A DNA stretch of 64,000 bases from a virus. This document shows positions 40,585 through 50,292 of this stretch, in pieces (the stretch's first letter is position 1; each line of letters opens with the position of its first letter). A program made the translations under genes and the position numbers. Under the pieces are notes generated by a model that made no database searches, was not told the DNA's origin, and saw only the letters and a list, made by a program, of their open reading frames with translations. The stretch is taken from the IMG/VR virus record IMGVR_UViG_3300037423_002564. One strand, 5' to 3'.

Positions 40585-42117
40585 ATGCGCAACGGTAGGC
40601 AGTACCTGAACTTCATCAGCGACTTCTGGACCAGCCTGTGGACGGATACTTCGACCCTCTCGCTGCTGCTGGGCGCCGAGGTCGAGATCCTGAACCGCCT
40701 GTATTTCCAGGCCATTCAGGTTGCCGCGCTGCCGTACATCGAGCAGATGCCGTTGTTCCGCGAGGACTTCTGGCACTTCATCCTCATCAACGAGACCGAC
40801 CGCATTGACGCCACCAACAGCTTCACGCTGGGCCAGTACTACGAGAGCATCCCGTTCCTCTACGACCGTATGTTCGAGCCCATGGTGCGGCTCCAGCAGG
40901 GCGCGGGCCACGACTACACGGTGATGCGCCGGGACGGCGCGAGCATCATCACCTTCGCCCAGGACCCCTTCACCGACGCCAAGAACCCCATCCGCGACGC
41001 CGGTGATCGGCGGCAGCTCCTCTTCCTCGCGCCGCGGGTCATGGTGGACGAGAACGACCTCTACAACTTGTTCGGCTACCTCACGCGGGTGGTGCAGCCC
41101 ACCAGCGAGGACTACCGCCAACTGGTCGAGGGCGTACTGCGCATCTATGTGAGCGGGCCGGTGCTCAAGGTGCTGAACGCGGGACTCAACCTGGCCGCGG
41201 GCTACCCCTACAGCCGCGCCGCCAGTGAAGACCGCATCATCGGCATCACCAACGACTTCGAGAACTACTACCTGCACACGGAGCAGGGCTACGTCTACGA
41301 TGTGCCCCTGATCGCGGAGCTGTCGGTCGCCGTGGGCTCGAAGCTCCAGCAGTTCGACACCTTCATCCGCGACATCCGCGTGATGGACTACCTGTCGGAG
41401 CCCCAGTGGTGGCGCGGCGGCCCCGCCAACAACGACCCGGACCTGCGGGTGGTGAAGTACATTGGCGAGGACCTGGCCCCGGAGCTGGCCGGCGAGCTGC
41501 GCGACAACGTCGACGTGATCGACTACCTGTTCGACACCTACTTCAAGTTCAACGTGATCGGCCTGCGCGTGAACACGCTCGCCATCGGCAACTTCAACGC
41601 CATCGAGGACTTCTTCCGGGTGCTCTACGAGATCAAGCCCGCCTGGCAGAGCCCCTACACCAACGCCTATTTCCGCGTGAGCGACGTCTGGAGCCTGCCG
41701 GAGGAGGAGGTCGAGCTGCACGCGGTGATCGACCTCACCACGGGCGTGGCCGCGGACGACTTCGGCGACGGCGCGGAGCACTGGTTCTTCGACCACCCGC
41801 TGGAGTTGGGCGCGCTCGTCCAGGTGGGCGCCGACCTCGGTGGCATCCGCGCGCGCTCGGAGACGGCCCACGACGACGTCTCCCTGGCCTCGGCCATCGA
41901 GCTGGAGGAGCCCGTCGGTCTCTCCGGCCACGAGTGGGTGCTGGGCGGCCTCGCCGTGATGGGCGGCTTCCCCGAAGGCCACGTGGTCGAGAAGGTGGAC
42001 TTCCACGGCGTCTTGGAGCTGGTCGACAGCGTGGACACGCCCCAGGACCGCTGCCAGCTCGTCAGCCAGTACGATGCCGACCCGGAGGTCTTCTTCGGGG
42101 ACACGCTGGTGGCCTAG
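40585..42117 (+). CDS. Putative baseplate wedge / tail structural protein
   Basis: GGAGG SD; VLYEIKPAW resembles the IKPAH motif of baseplate wedge/tail-I proteins; adjacent to cell-wall hydrolases. Confidence 0.55.
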   Translation: MRNGRQYLNFISDFWTSLWTDTSTLSLLLGAEVEILNRLYFQAIQVAALPYIEQMPLFREDFWHFILINETDRIDATNSFTLGQYYESIPFLYDRMFEPMVRLQQGAGHDYTVMRRDGASIITFAQDPFTDAKNPIRDAGDRRQLLFLAPRVMVDENDLYNLFGYLTRVVQPTSEDYRQLVEGVLRIYVSGPVLKVLNAGLNLAAGYPYSRAASEDRIIGITNDFENYYLHTEQGYVYDVPLIAELSVAVGSKLQQFDTFIRDIRVMDYLSEPQWWRGGPANNDPDLRVVKYIGEDLAPELAGELRDNVDVIDYLFDTYFKFNVIGLRVNTLAIGNFNAIEDFFRVLYEIKPAWQSPYTNAYFRVSDVWSLPEEEVELHAVIDLTTGVAADDFGDGAEHWFFDHPLELGALVQVGADLGGIRARSETAHDDVSLASAIELEEPVGLSGHEWVLGGLAVMGGFPEGHVVEKVDFHGVLELVDSVDTPQDRCQLVSQYDADPEVFFGDTLVA

Positions 42118-42804
42118 ATGGCGATCGGACGCACCGCGAGCCTCATCGCGCAGTTCTTGGAGGACATCGGCGTCTCGCTCGACGACTCCTTGCCGCCGCG
42201 AAACCTGCTCTACGACAACACCCTGGCCGACCTGACGGCCACCTACCGCTCCAACCGGACGATCTGGGACAACGACGCCACCACCATCGAGGGCATCGTG
42301 GGCGCCATCCTCGCGCCGCCACCGGTCGAGGTGAAGCCGGCGGCCCAGGGCGGCGCCGGCACGGACCCGACCGTTCCGCGGCACAACAACTGGGACTTCG
42401 GCAACCTGGGGGCACGCGCGCGCAAGGTCATCAACGGCATCACCTGCGTCTACATCCCCAACGCCTGGGTCTCGGCCACCATGGCGAGCCGGGTGCTGGC
42501 GCTCTGCCAGGCCGCGGAGAAGAAGTTCAACTGCAAGGTCTTCGTGTCGAGCGGCATGCGCCCCGGCCACACCGCGAGCTGGCATTCCATCGGCCGCGCG
42601 GTCGACATCCAGTCCACCGGTGGCCCGGGCCCCACGATCCTCAAGATCACGCCACGCGCCGGCGGCGGCAACGGTGCGATGTACATGGACGTCACCGTGA
42701 ACAAGTGGCTGCGCGAACAATGCACGGGCTACGGCCTGAACAACGGCGCTTCCTTCAACGATCCCTTCCACTTCACGCCCATCGAGCTGGGCCCCTCGCA
42801 CTAG
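42118..42804 (+). CDS. Shared N-terminal module plus Peptidase M15 (Zn D-Ala-D-Ala peptidase fold) domain
   Basis: VSSGMRP...SWHSIGRAVDI...FHF (SxHxxGxAxD motif). Confidence 0.8.
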   Translation: MAIGRTASLIAQFLEDIGVSLDDSLPPRNLLYDNTLADLTATYRSNRTIWDNDATTIEGIVGAILAPPPVEVKPAAQGGAGTDPTVPRHNNWDFGNLGARARKVINGITCVYIPNAWVSATMASRVLALCQAAEKKFNCKVFVSSGMRPGHTASWHSIGRAVDIQSTGGPGPTILKITPRAGGGNGAMYMDVTVNKWLREQCTGYGLNNGASFNDPFHFTPIELGPSH

Positions 42805-43500
42805 ATGGCGACCTTCACCGGCTCGACGGCCGCCTTCCTCGAAGACGTAGGCTACGCGCTGGACGACAGTATCCCGCCGCGCAACCTGCTCTACGACAAC
42901 ACGCTGGCCGACCTCACGGCCACCTACCGCACCCTGCGCGAGACCTGGGACAACCAGGCGCTCGCCATCGAGGGCATCGTGGGCGCCATCCTCGCGCCGC
43001 CGGCGCCGCCCACCCCCACGGCCGCGGCCCAGGCCGGCGCCACGGCCTCCCAGCAGCCACCGGCGAACACGCCCAGCATCGGCAGCCTCACGGCCGCGGA
43101 GACGGACCTGATGCTGCGCATGATCATGGGCGAGGCGGGCGGCGAGCCCTACGACGGCCAGGTGGCCGTGGTGGCGGCCGTGCTCAACTACAAGAAGTAC
43201 GTGGGCTGGGACAAGCGCTCCATCACCCAGCTCCTCAAGAGCGGCGGCTTCAACGAGAGCTACATCAACCCCAATACCCGGCACTGGTACAGCGTGCCGC
43301 TCAACGCCATCCCGGCCCTCGACATCAAGCGCCGGGCGGTGTCCGACGCCCTGGCCGGCCGCCACAAGATCGGCAAGCGCAACCACTGGTACAGCCTGGA
43401 TCTGGTCAACCGCCAGGGCCTGCCCTACTTCGCGCGCAAGGAGAGCCGACTGACCATCGGCGGCCAGGTGTTCTTCAGCGAGAAGGGTACGCCGTTTTGA
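42805..43500 (+). CDS. Shared N-terminal module plus Hydrolase_2 (SleB-like) cell-wall hydrolase
   Basis: LMLRMIMGEAGGEPYDGQVAVVAAVLN...TIGGQVFF. Confidence 0.85.
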   Translation: MATFTGSTAAFLEDVGYALDDSIPPRNLLYDNTLADLTATYRTLRETWDNQALAIEGIVGAILAPPAPPTPTAAAQAGATASQQPPANTPSIGSLTAAETDLMLRMIMGEAGGEPYDGQVAVVAAVLNYKKYVGWDKRSITQLLKSGGFNESYINPNTRHWYSVPLNAIPALDIKRRAVSDALAGRHKIGKRNHWYSLDLVNRQGLPYFARKESRLTIGGQVFFSEKGTPF

Positions 43501-43898
43501 AGATCACCATCTACGGCCGCGCGCCCAGCGTCAACGAGCTATACCGCAAGGCGCCGGCGGGCCACATCTACCTCACGCCGGTGGGCCGCCGCTACAAGAA
43601 GTGGGTCAAGGAGCAGTTCGAGAAGGCCGCGCGCTCCCTGCCGGCGTCCCTGCGCGGCCAGCCCCTGACCGTGACCTTCAAGTTCTACTTCCGCCACCTC
43701 TGGCACACCGACCAGACGCCCGTCATGCGCGACTACGACGGGCCCATCAAGATCGTCCAGGACGCGGTCGCCGAAGCTCTGAAGTTCAACGACTCGTGGA
43801 TCTTCAAGGGCATCGTGGAGAAGCGCCAGAGCGCCCGCGAGAAGAGCGTCATCGTGCTTACCCCCTACGTCTGGGAGCCGGACGAGGACGACGCCTGA
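43497..43898 (+). CDS. rusA: RusA-family Holliday junction resolvase
   Basis: PSVNELYR...YLTPVGRRYK...RDYDGPIKIVQDAV...FNDSWI; TTGA overlap start. Confidence 0.85.
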   Translation: MKITIYGRAPSVNELYRKAPAGHIYLTPVGRRYKKWVKEQFEKAARSLPASLRGQPLTVTFKFYFRHLWHTDQTPVMRDYDGPIKIVQDAVAEALKFNDSWIFKGIVEKRQSAREKSVIVLTPYVWEPDEDDA

Positions 43899-44352
43899 TT
43901 CCGTTACCCTGGTCCGAACATTCCAGAAACGTATCTACATTTGTGCATCAACTTCGGCCGTCAATCGGCCAAGGGTGGCCTTGAAGCGGTCGCCACTCAA
44001 CGCACACTGGATGCAGAAGCGAGGGTTGCCCTTGGGCCGCCAGACCCCGTCGACCAGCTCGCAGCTCGTGCGCCCTAGCTCCACGGCTCGACCGCAGTCC
44101 GCACAGTGGATCGTGCATACGGGTCCCCCAGGACAGAGAGTGCGGCCCAGATGAGCAAAAGTCGAGCGTTCTTCGCCGCGTGGGGGAGGTGGTTCCAGCA
44201 CAGTTGCAGGTCGTGGTTTTCGAGGCCGGCCGGCATGAGGTAGTCCGCGTCGCAGCGGCTCGCATCGCAACTCATCACCGTCCACTTGTCCGTGGTCGGG
44301 TGATCGATGCTCTCGGGGTTGATCTTGGCGGTCCGCTCGTCGAAGAGTTCCT

Positions 44353-45066
44353 TCACCCGCCACTTTTGGAGGTGGCGCGCGTGGCGGCCTCCTTCAGCAT
44401 CAAGGTGAGCGAGTGGATCCGGTTGCCCCGGCCGGCAGAGCCCAAGCAGCTCCAGCACTTGGTCGGGTTCCGACCGCTGCGGCCGGAAGGCGTGAAAAAC
44501 GTCTGGCTGCACCCGTTGCAGGGCATCACCTCCGCGCCTGGTGGGGTGGGGTGCCGCTGGGGGTCCAGCTTCGCGATCGCCTCGGCCTGTTTCTCGAAGG
44601 CGCCCAGGTCGTCCTGCCGGGTCGGGGACGGGGTCGCCTGGGCGGACGACGGGGGGCGGGACACCGCCGTGTTGATGACGGGCGAGCGTGCCGGCGGCGG
44701 AGGTGGCGGCGGCGGAGGCGGGCTGGGGGCGTCGGCGCGCCGCCGCAGCACCGCGATCTTGGCATCCACCTCCCCGGGCAGCGTCACGCCCAGATGCTTG
44801 CCCAGCACCTCGTGGAGGTCCTTGAGCCGGGTGGTGAGGTCCCGGGCGTCGTTGCGCGCGTCGTCGCGCTGCTTGCGCACGGTGTCGAGGTCGTTGAGCG
44901 GGTTGGTGGGGGTGGTGGGCTTGCCCTTCTGGAGCTGGGCGAGCAGCCCGGCCCAGTCGCCTTCGCCTAGGAGGCCGGGCAGCTTGCGCTCCAGCCGGGC
45001 CAGACAGGCGAGGTCGTCGCCATCCAAGGCCAACAGTTGGCCCAGACGCTCGGCGGACCCGATCAT
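44353..45066 (-). CDS. Coiled-coil, poly-Pro protein with C-terminal Zn ribbon
   Basis: Poly-Pro run; CNGC...CWSC. Confidence 0.6.
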   Translation of the reverse strand: MIGSAERLGQLLALDGDDLACLARLERKLPGLLGEGDWAGLLAQLQKGKPTTPTNPLNDLDTVRKQRDDARNDARDLTTRLKDLHEVLGKHLGVTLPGEVDAKIAVLRRRADAPSPPPPPPPPPPARSPVINTAVSRPPSSAQATPSPTRQDDLGAFEKQAEAIAKLDPQRHPTPPGAEVMPCNGCSQTFFTPSGRSGRNPTKCWSCLGSAGRGNRIHSLTLMLKEAATRATSKSGG

Positions 45067-45446
45067 GGCCGGTTCGCCATGAAGCGCGCCAGGTGGGACT
45101 GCGGCTTGGCCGCGAAGATGCTCACGGGCTTGGCCGGCGCGGGCGGGGCCGCCTGCTTCAGCTCCAGGGCCGCGAGCGCCATCATGACCTCGTCCCAGCC
45201 GTAGGCGGCCACGTCGCCGGAGACGTAGTTCGCGACCAGCAGGTGGTACTTGCCGATGTGCAGCATGCGCCCGGTCTGGACCACGGTCGTGTAGACCAGG
45301 CCCTCGGCCAGCGGGTTGATCGGTGGCGGCGTGCTCATGGGCTCCATGATAAGGCGCGTGCGAGGGGTGAATGCCGGCGCCGGCGGCGCTGCGGCGGCCC
45401 GGAGCCAGGCTCCACGCGCCCCGGCGCTGGTCGAAGCCGTACCGCC

Positions 45447-46991
45447 CTACCCGGCGGACGGGGCGGGGAGGTCCTTGATGCGCTTGAGGTCGTCGTCCTC
45501 GGCGATGGGCGAGAGCCGCAGGTTGGAGACCAAGAGCGGGTTGACGCGCGCCACCTCGTGGTACATCTCCGCGGCCACGCGCCTGTAGTTGATGTGGCCG
45601 CCCGGCCGGCTGCGCAGCTCGACCAGCGCGTGCAGCTCGCGCACGTTGAGCTTGAAGAGGCTGCGCATGCGGTAGGCCATCGGCACGGCGTACTGCGCGA
45701 CCGCGGGCCCCAGCTCGCCCAGGAGCACGTTGTACATCGCGGCCCCGGCCTCCACGCCGGCCCAGTCGCCCATCAGCCCCATATCGAGGATCTCGCCCGG
45801 GGTGTGGTAGCCCAGGTCCGGGCTCAAGAGCTGGTTGAACTGGGTGGTCATGCGGTGGCGCTGGAGGTCGCGCCAGGTGCCGAAGTCCATCACCAGCTCG
45901 AAGCCCAGGGGGTGATCCTCCAGGGCGCGCGGCGTGCCGTCATGGTCGCCCCGGTCCTCGAAGAGCGCGTTGTAGGCCGCGGCCATCTGCACCTCGTCGA
46001 GCCGCGCGAGCCGCGCCACGATCTCGGAGTAGGGCGCGTCCGTGAAGGGGAAGAGCGCGTTGGCGAGCGCGCTGATGTGCGCCTCTTCCAGGGGCCGCGG
46101 CTCGATGAAGAGCATGTGCGGGCCGAAGAAGAAGGGGCTGCGGCTGCGCGGCACCAGGGAGGCGGCGAGGCCCTGGAGGCGCTCGCGGTAGCTCGTGAGG
46201 TAGGGCTTGACGGCCGCGTACTTGAGCAGGGTGGGGAACTGCTCCTTGAGCGGGGGCAGCATCTCCGCGCCCACCTGGCGCATCTCGCCCAACTCGTGCG
46301 AGAGCAGCTTGCTGACGTTGTGCTCGAACGTGCGGGCGTTGGAGACGTAGCCCAGGTTGGTGGTGGCGCTGGCCGGCAGCATGCCGCGCGCGACGTCGCA
46401 GCCCTTGGCGTGCAGGTTCTTCAGGAACGCCTCGCCCGTCATGTGGGCCGGGCGAGGCGTGGCGGCTTCCAGGGCCATCAGGACCTTGGCGAGCACCATC
46501 TCGTACTGGGCGAAGAGCTTGTAGCAGTGCCGCACGTAGTCCCGGCGCAAGGTGGCGAGCACCGGCGCGTCCAGCTCGGGCGGCACCGCGAAGTTGTGGC
46601 GGCTCCACTCCTGGTAGCGCGTGCTGGCCTCGATGTAGCTGCCCAGCCGGCCGTCCTCGATGGCCTTGGCGCAGAGCATCGAGACCTTCTCCACGCACAC
46701 GTGGCCGGTGGCGCCCTCGGCCACGCTGTTGTGGCCGTAGCCCAGCACCCACTTGTCGTGGAACTTGCTGGCGCCCTCCTCGGTCACGAGCCCGGCGTTC
46801 ACGTCGAACGGCAGCGGGCTGCGGCTGGACTTGGCGAGCGCGACCGCCACCACCTCGGGCGTCAGCGTGCGGCCGTCCTTGGCGAGCTGGTAGACGCGGC
46901 GCGGCGCGCGCTGGGCCTCGTGGAACGGGCTGATGTCGCGGGTCGTGTCGACCCAGCGGTGGAACTCGGAAGGATCGTTGGGCGCGCTCAC
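45447..46991 (-). CDS. thyX: Flavin-dependent thymidylate synthase, long two-domain ThyX type
   Basis: AKSSRS, GYGHNSVAE, IEASTRYQ, DFGTWRDLQRHR, ELRSRPGGHINYR; GTGA overlap start. Confidence 0.9.
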   Translation of the reverse strand: MSAPNDPSEFHRWVDTTRDISPFHEAQRAPRRVYQLAKDGRTLTPEVVAVALAKSSRSPLPFDVNAGLVTEEGASKFHDKWVLGYGHNSVAEGATGHVCVEKVSMLCAKAIEDGRLGSYIEASTRYQEWSRHNFAVPPELDAPVLATLRRDYVRHCYKLFAQYEMVLAKVLMALEAATPRPAHMTGEAFLKNLHAKGCDVARGMLPASATTNLGYVSNARTFEHNVSKLLSHELGEMRQVGAEMLPPLKEQFPTLLKYAAVKPYLTSYRERLQGLAASLVPRSRSPFFFGPHMLFIEPRPLEEAHISALANALFPFTDAPYSEIVARLARLDEVQMAAAYNALFEDRGDHDGTPRALEDHPLGFELVMDFGTWRDLQRHRMTTQFNQLLSPDLGYHTPGEILDMGLMGDWAGVEAGAAMYNVLLGELGPAVAQYAVPMAYRMRSLFKLNVRELHALVELRSRPGGHINYRRVAAEMYHEVARVNPLLVSNLRLSPIAEDDDLKRIKDLPAPSAG

Positions 46992-47713
46992 GCGGCGACC
47001 TCCTGCTTGGCGAGGTGGTGGGGCTGCTTCTGGGTCTTGAGCAAGGTGTTGACGGGCTGGCCGCTCTCCAGGGCGCGCTTCACGTCCTCGTGGCGGAAGA
47101 CGATCACGATGCTGGGGAAGGGCGCGGAGTCGTTCTTGCCGGTGGCGCGGTTCTTGAAGCGCAGCCGGCCGATCACCGTGCGCACCTCCGAGGCCCAGTC
47201 GGCCACGTTCTCCACGTACCAGGCGGTCTCGGAGCGGTTCGGCACCAGGCAGACGCCGGAGGCGCCGTTCTTGGTGGCGTCGAGCGCCTTCTTCATCCAG
47301 TCGATGATGCCCGGGACGTACTCTTGGACGTGGTACTGGGGGTCCTGGCGCATCAGCGCGAACTCGGCCGCGGCGACCTCGTCCTCCTCCAGCTTGGCCC
47401 ACGCCTTCTTGGCGTCGGCCAGGCCCGTGGCGGCGCGCGCGGCGCGGTCGAGGCACTTCTTCTTCTTGCACTTGGCCGCGTCGCCGCAGGGGTGCTCCGG
47501 GTCGCCGTAGGGCGGGTTCATGAAGAAGACGTGCTTGCCCCAGTCCTGCTTGAGGCCGTCTTCCGCCGGCGTGAAGTGGATGTCGCACTTCGCGTTCTCG
47601 TGCGTGCAGCAGGGGTCCAGCGTGAAGCCGAACTCGGCGTGCAGCATCTGGTAGAAGGGGTCGTCGGTCTCCCAGACCGTGTCGGCGCTGGAAAACATCA
47701 CGTCGGTGTTCAT
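46988..47713 (-). CDS. Phage Dam-type DNA N6-adenine methyltransferase with Cys-rich insertion
   Basis: WETDD...FGFTLDPCC..ENAKC...DGLKQDW...MNPPYG...LVPNRSETAW...GRLRF...SAPFPS. Confidence 0.9.
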   Translation of the reverse strand: MNTDVMFSSADTVWETDDPFYQMLHAEFGFTLDPCCTHENAKCDIHFTPAEDGLKQDWGKHVFFMNPPYGDPEHPCGDAAKCKKKKCLDRAARAATGLADAKKAWAKLEEDEVAAAEFALMRQDPQYHVQEYVPGIIDWMKKALDATKNGASGVCLVPNRSETAWYVENVADWASEVRTVIGRLRFKNRATGKNDSAPFPSIVIVFRHEDVKRALESGQPVNTLLKTQKQPHHLAKQEVAA

Positions 47714-47854
47714 GAAGTAGCCTCGATGGGGACGGGGATGGCGATGGCGACGGTGAGGTGGGTGGCGGCGGCGGTGGCGTCTTCGGCGCTCGCATGGACG
47801 GTGCTCCAGTAGCTGCCCGGATGCTCCGCCTCGAACTCCTTGACCTCGCTGAAC

Positions 47855-48523
47855 CTACGGTGCAGGTTGACGAAGAGCTGCATCGTGTTTCTCCATGGGG
47901 AGCTGGGCCTTCCAGACCCGCTTCAGGTAGTCCAGCAGCTCGACCTCGCGCTCCTCGGGCGTGTCGGTCCGCAGGGCCAGCACGCGGCCCATCAGTCCCA
48001 TGCCGTTGAGGCTCGCCAGCACCTCGCGGTCGACGTCGCTCGTGAGGCGCTCGAAGCGGATGCCGTTGCTCTCCACGCCCTTGGAGTTGGGCGGCACGTA
48101 GATGATCAGGTCGTAGCGGCGGGCGAAGAACTCCACCATCTGGCGGTAGGTAGGCTCCTGCTGGTAGGCCGGCACCGTGAGCAGGTAGTAGGCCATGTAG
48201 TCGATCACGCCGCGGTCGGCGAAGAAGCCGCCCGTGTAGGTGCGCTCGGCCGCGACCTGCTCGAAGAGCGAGAGCATCTGGTGCAGGCCCTTCTTCTCCG
48301 GCGGCACGTCGCCGCTGCGCTCGTAGCCCATCTGCTGGGCCGCGGCCGTGGGCCGGCTGTAGGTGATCTCGGGCAGGCCCAGCTTGGGGGCCATGCGCTT
48401 CACGAAGGTGGTCTTGCCGCCGCCGTGGGTGCCGGCGCAGACCACGTAGTTGGGCACGTTGTAGCCGTAGATCCACTTCTCGTCGCGGTGGGTCTCGATG
48501 AAGTTGACGGGCGGCTTAACCAT
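47855..48523 (-). CDS. AAA_28/NadR-like P-loop nucleotide kinase
   Basis: AGTHGGGKTT; FFADRGVIDYMAY; YDLIIYVPP...NGIR. Confidence 0.75.
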   Translation of the reverse strand: MVKPPVNFIETHRDEKWIYGYNVPNYVVCAGTHGGGKTTFVKRMAPKLGLPEITYSRPTAAAQQMGYERSGDVPPEKKGLHQMLSLFEQVAAERTYTGGFFADRGVIDYMAYYLLTVPAYQQEPTYRQMVEFFARRYDLIIYVPPNSKGVESNGIRFERLTSDVDREVLASLNGMGLMGRVLALRTDTPEEREVELLDYLKRVWKAQLPMEKHDAALRQPAP

Positions 48524-49028
48524 GCTGCACCCCCTCCGCCTCGTCGGCGCTCAAGAAGTCGTCGGCCAGGGCGGCGACCTTGATCTGGCACAGCTCCGCG
48601 TCGGCGGTGCCGCCCACGGCCGCGGGGATGTGCAGCACGACGTGGGAGCCCGCCGGGAACTGGAGCCGGATGTGCTGCTTCAGCTCCTCGACCTCCATGC
48701 GCACCAGATAGGTCGGCTTGGCCGCCGGCAGCGCGTGGGCCGCCGCCATCCCCACGGAGAAGCTGGAGTAGACCGGCACCAGGCTCGCGCCCGCCATCTC
48801 CGGCGTGGCCTGCGGCAGCGTGTCGCCGTTGACCTTGAAGGCCACCAGGCCGAAGCCCTCCTGGTACAGGCGCACCCAGCCCCAGCCCGTGGAAGGGGTG
48901 TCGTAGCAGCAGTGCTTGAACTTCTTGCCGCTGCCGCACTCGCAGATTCGCTTCAGGCCGAAGTTCTTGGTGCTGTCGTGCCGGTTCTGCTCGCGCCGGT
49001 TCGCGGTGCGCGCGTGGGTGATGTTCAT
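48516..49028 (-). CDS. SEC-C motif protein
   Basis: CECGSGKKFKHCC. Confidence 0.8.
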   Translation of the reverse strand: MNITHARTANRREQNRHDSTKNFGLKRICECGSGKKFKHCCYDTPSTGWGWVRLYQEGFGLVAFKVNGDTLPQATPEMAGASLVPVYSSFSVGMAAAHALPAAKPTYLVRMEVEELKQHIRLQFPAGSHVVLHIPAAVGGTADAELCQIKVAALADDFLSADEAEGVQHG

Positions 49029-49322
49029 GGCGTCTCCTGAAACATGGCCACCTGGCCGGGCAGTTGCGGGGCGGAGCGGGTGATGATCTTGCGCGGCAAA
49101 GGCTCGGTACGCCGGGTGCAGAACGACCGTCGTTCGGTCAGACCAAAGAGTCCCTGCTGCTCGTAAGGCGCGGCCTGGATGGCCTGGGGCAGCACGCAGG
49201 TGCTCTGCCCCAGCATCTGGAGCACGAGCTTGCAGTTGGTCTGCGTGCTCTCGCGCCAGTAGTGGCAGCCTTCGCACATGGGGCGCAGGCCGTCGAGGGT
49301 GATGGGTGTGGTGAACAGCTCG

Positions 49323-50159
49323 TCAGCCGTCGGCATTGATGTCGTCCACGACCTTGATGCGCGGACCGGCGACCTTCGAGGGGATCTGGAGCTGTTCGGG
49401 GAGGTCGTGGACCTCGGGCAGGCCCTCGACGATGCGGCCCCGGTTGATGGTGTCCAGCACCCGCGGCGCTTCCTTTTGCAGGGCGCGCGCGGCGTTGAGG
49501 TGGGCGTGGGTGATCATGCCCTCGTAGTGGACGGAGCCGTTGAGGATGCCTTCCACCCAGAAGAACTCCATCGAGCTGCCGACGATCGAGACCTCGCGGG
49601 CCTCCACGGAGTTGCCGATCATGCACGAGGGCTTGAGGATGGCGAACTCGCCCTTGTCGTCGAAGTGGGTGATCTCGTGGACCTTGCACGCCTGGTACAG
49701 GAGGCCGTGGTTCGGGAAGCGGCAGTTGCACGCCGGGTGCAGCTCGTGGTTGAGGACCTCGCCGGCCTTGCCGTACTGGGGCACCTCGCGCGCGGGGTGC
49801 GGGCAGTAGAGGAACTTGGCGTCGCGCACGCCGTAGTCGGCCAGCAGGTGCTTCAGCTCGCCCAGGATCTGCTTGTAGGCTTCCACGGGCACGATGGGCT
49901 TGCCGTCGTGCGTGTGGCCCAGGTAGGGCGCCATGTCGAGGCCGATGGGCTTGGCGCCCGTCTCCAGGCAGCGGGTGGCGATGAAGCGGGCCACCTCGGG
50001 GATGACCTCCTGCTCGCCCAGGTCGACGGGCGCGGGGGGCACCGCGCCGAACTTCTCGACGTAGAGGCCCGCGATGCCCGGCTTGAGGCGGCGGATGACG
50101 TTGTCCAGCTCGAAGAACACGGCCGGCTGGGTCAGGAACTTGCCGTTGATCATGGTCAT
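49323..50159 (-). CDS. GmhB/HisB-like HAD-fold protein with degenerate catalytic motifs
   Basis: AVFFELDNVI, LYCPHP, CNCRFPNHGL, MIGNS vs canonical FDRDG, CPH, CRKP, IGD. Confidence 0.7.
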   Translation of the reverse strand: MTMINGKFLTQPAVFFELDNVIRRLKPGIAGLYVEKFGAVPPAPVDLGEQEVIPEVARFIATRCLETGAKPIGLDMAPYLGHTHDGKPIVPVEAYKQILGELKHLLADYGVRDAKFLYCPHPAREVPQYGKAGEVLNHELHPACNCRFPNHGLLYQACKVHEITHFDDKGEFAILKPSCMIGNSVEAREVSIVGSSMEFFWVEGILNGSVHYEGMITHAHLNAARALQKEAPRVLDTINRGRIVEGLPEVHDLPEQLQIPSKVAGPRIKVVDDINADG

Positions 50160-50292
50160 GGGGTGGAGGCGCTCCTTGTGTCGAGGATGGCGTGGAGCGA
50201 CATCAGCTCCGGCCGGGCGTGGCCCTCGATGGCGCACTTGTGCGCGAGGGCCTCCAGGAGGAGGGCGAGGTGCCGCTCGCTCACCAGCAGCA

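Noticed and set aside
37792-42117. 1441-aa ORF as a single giant gene
   Set aside because: The first ~930 codons are the antisense shadow of minus-strand genes. The real gene starts at ATG 40585, after a promoter and SD.
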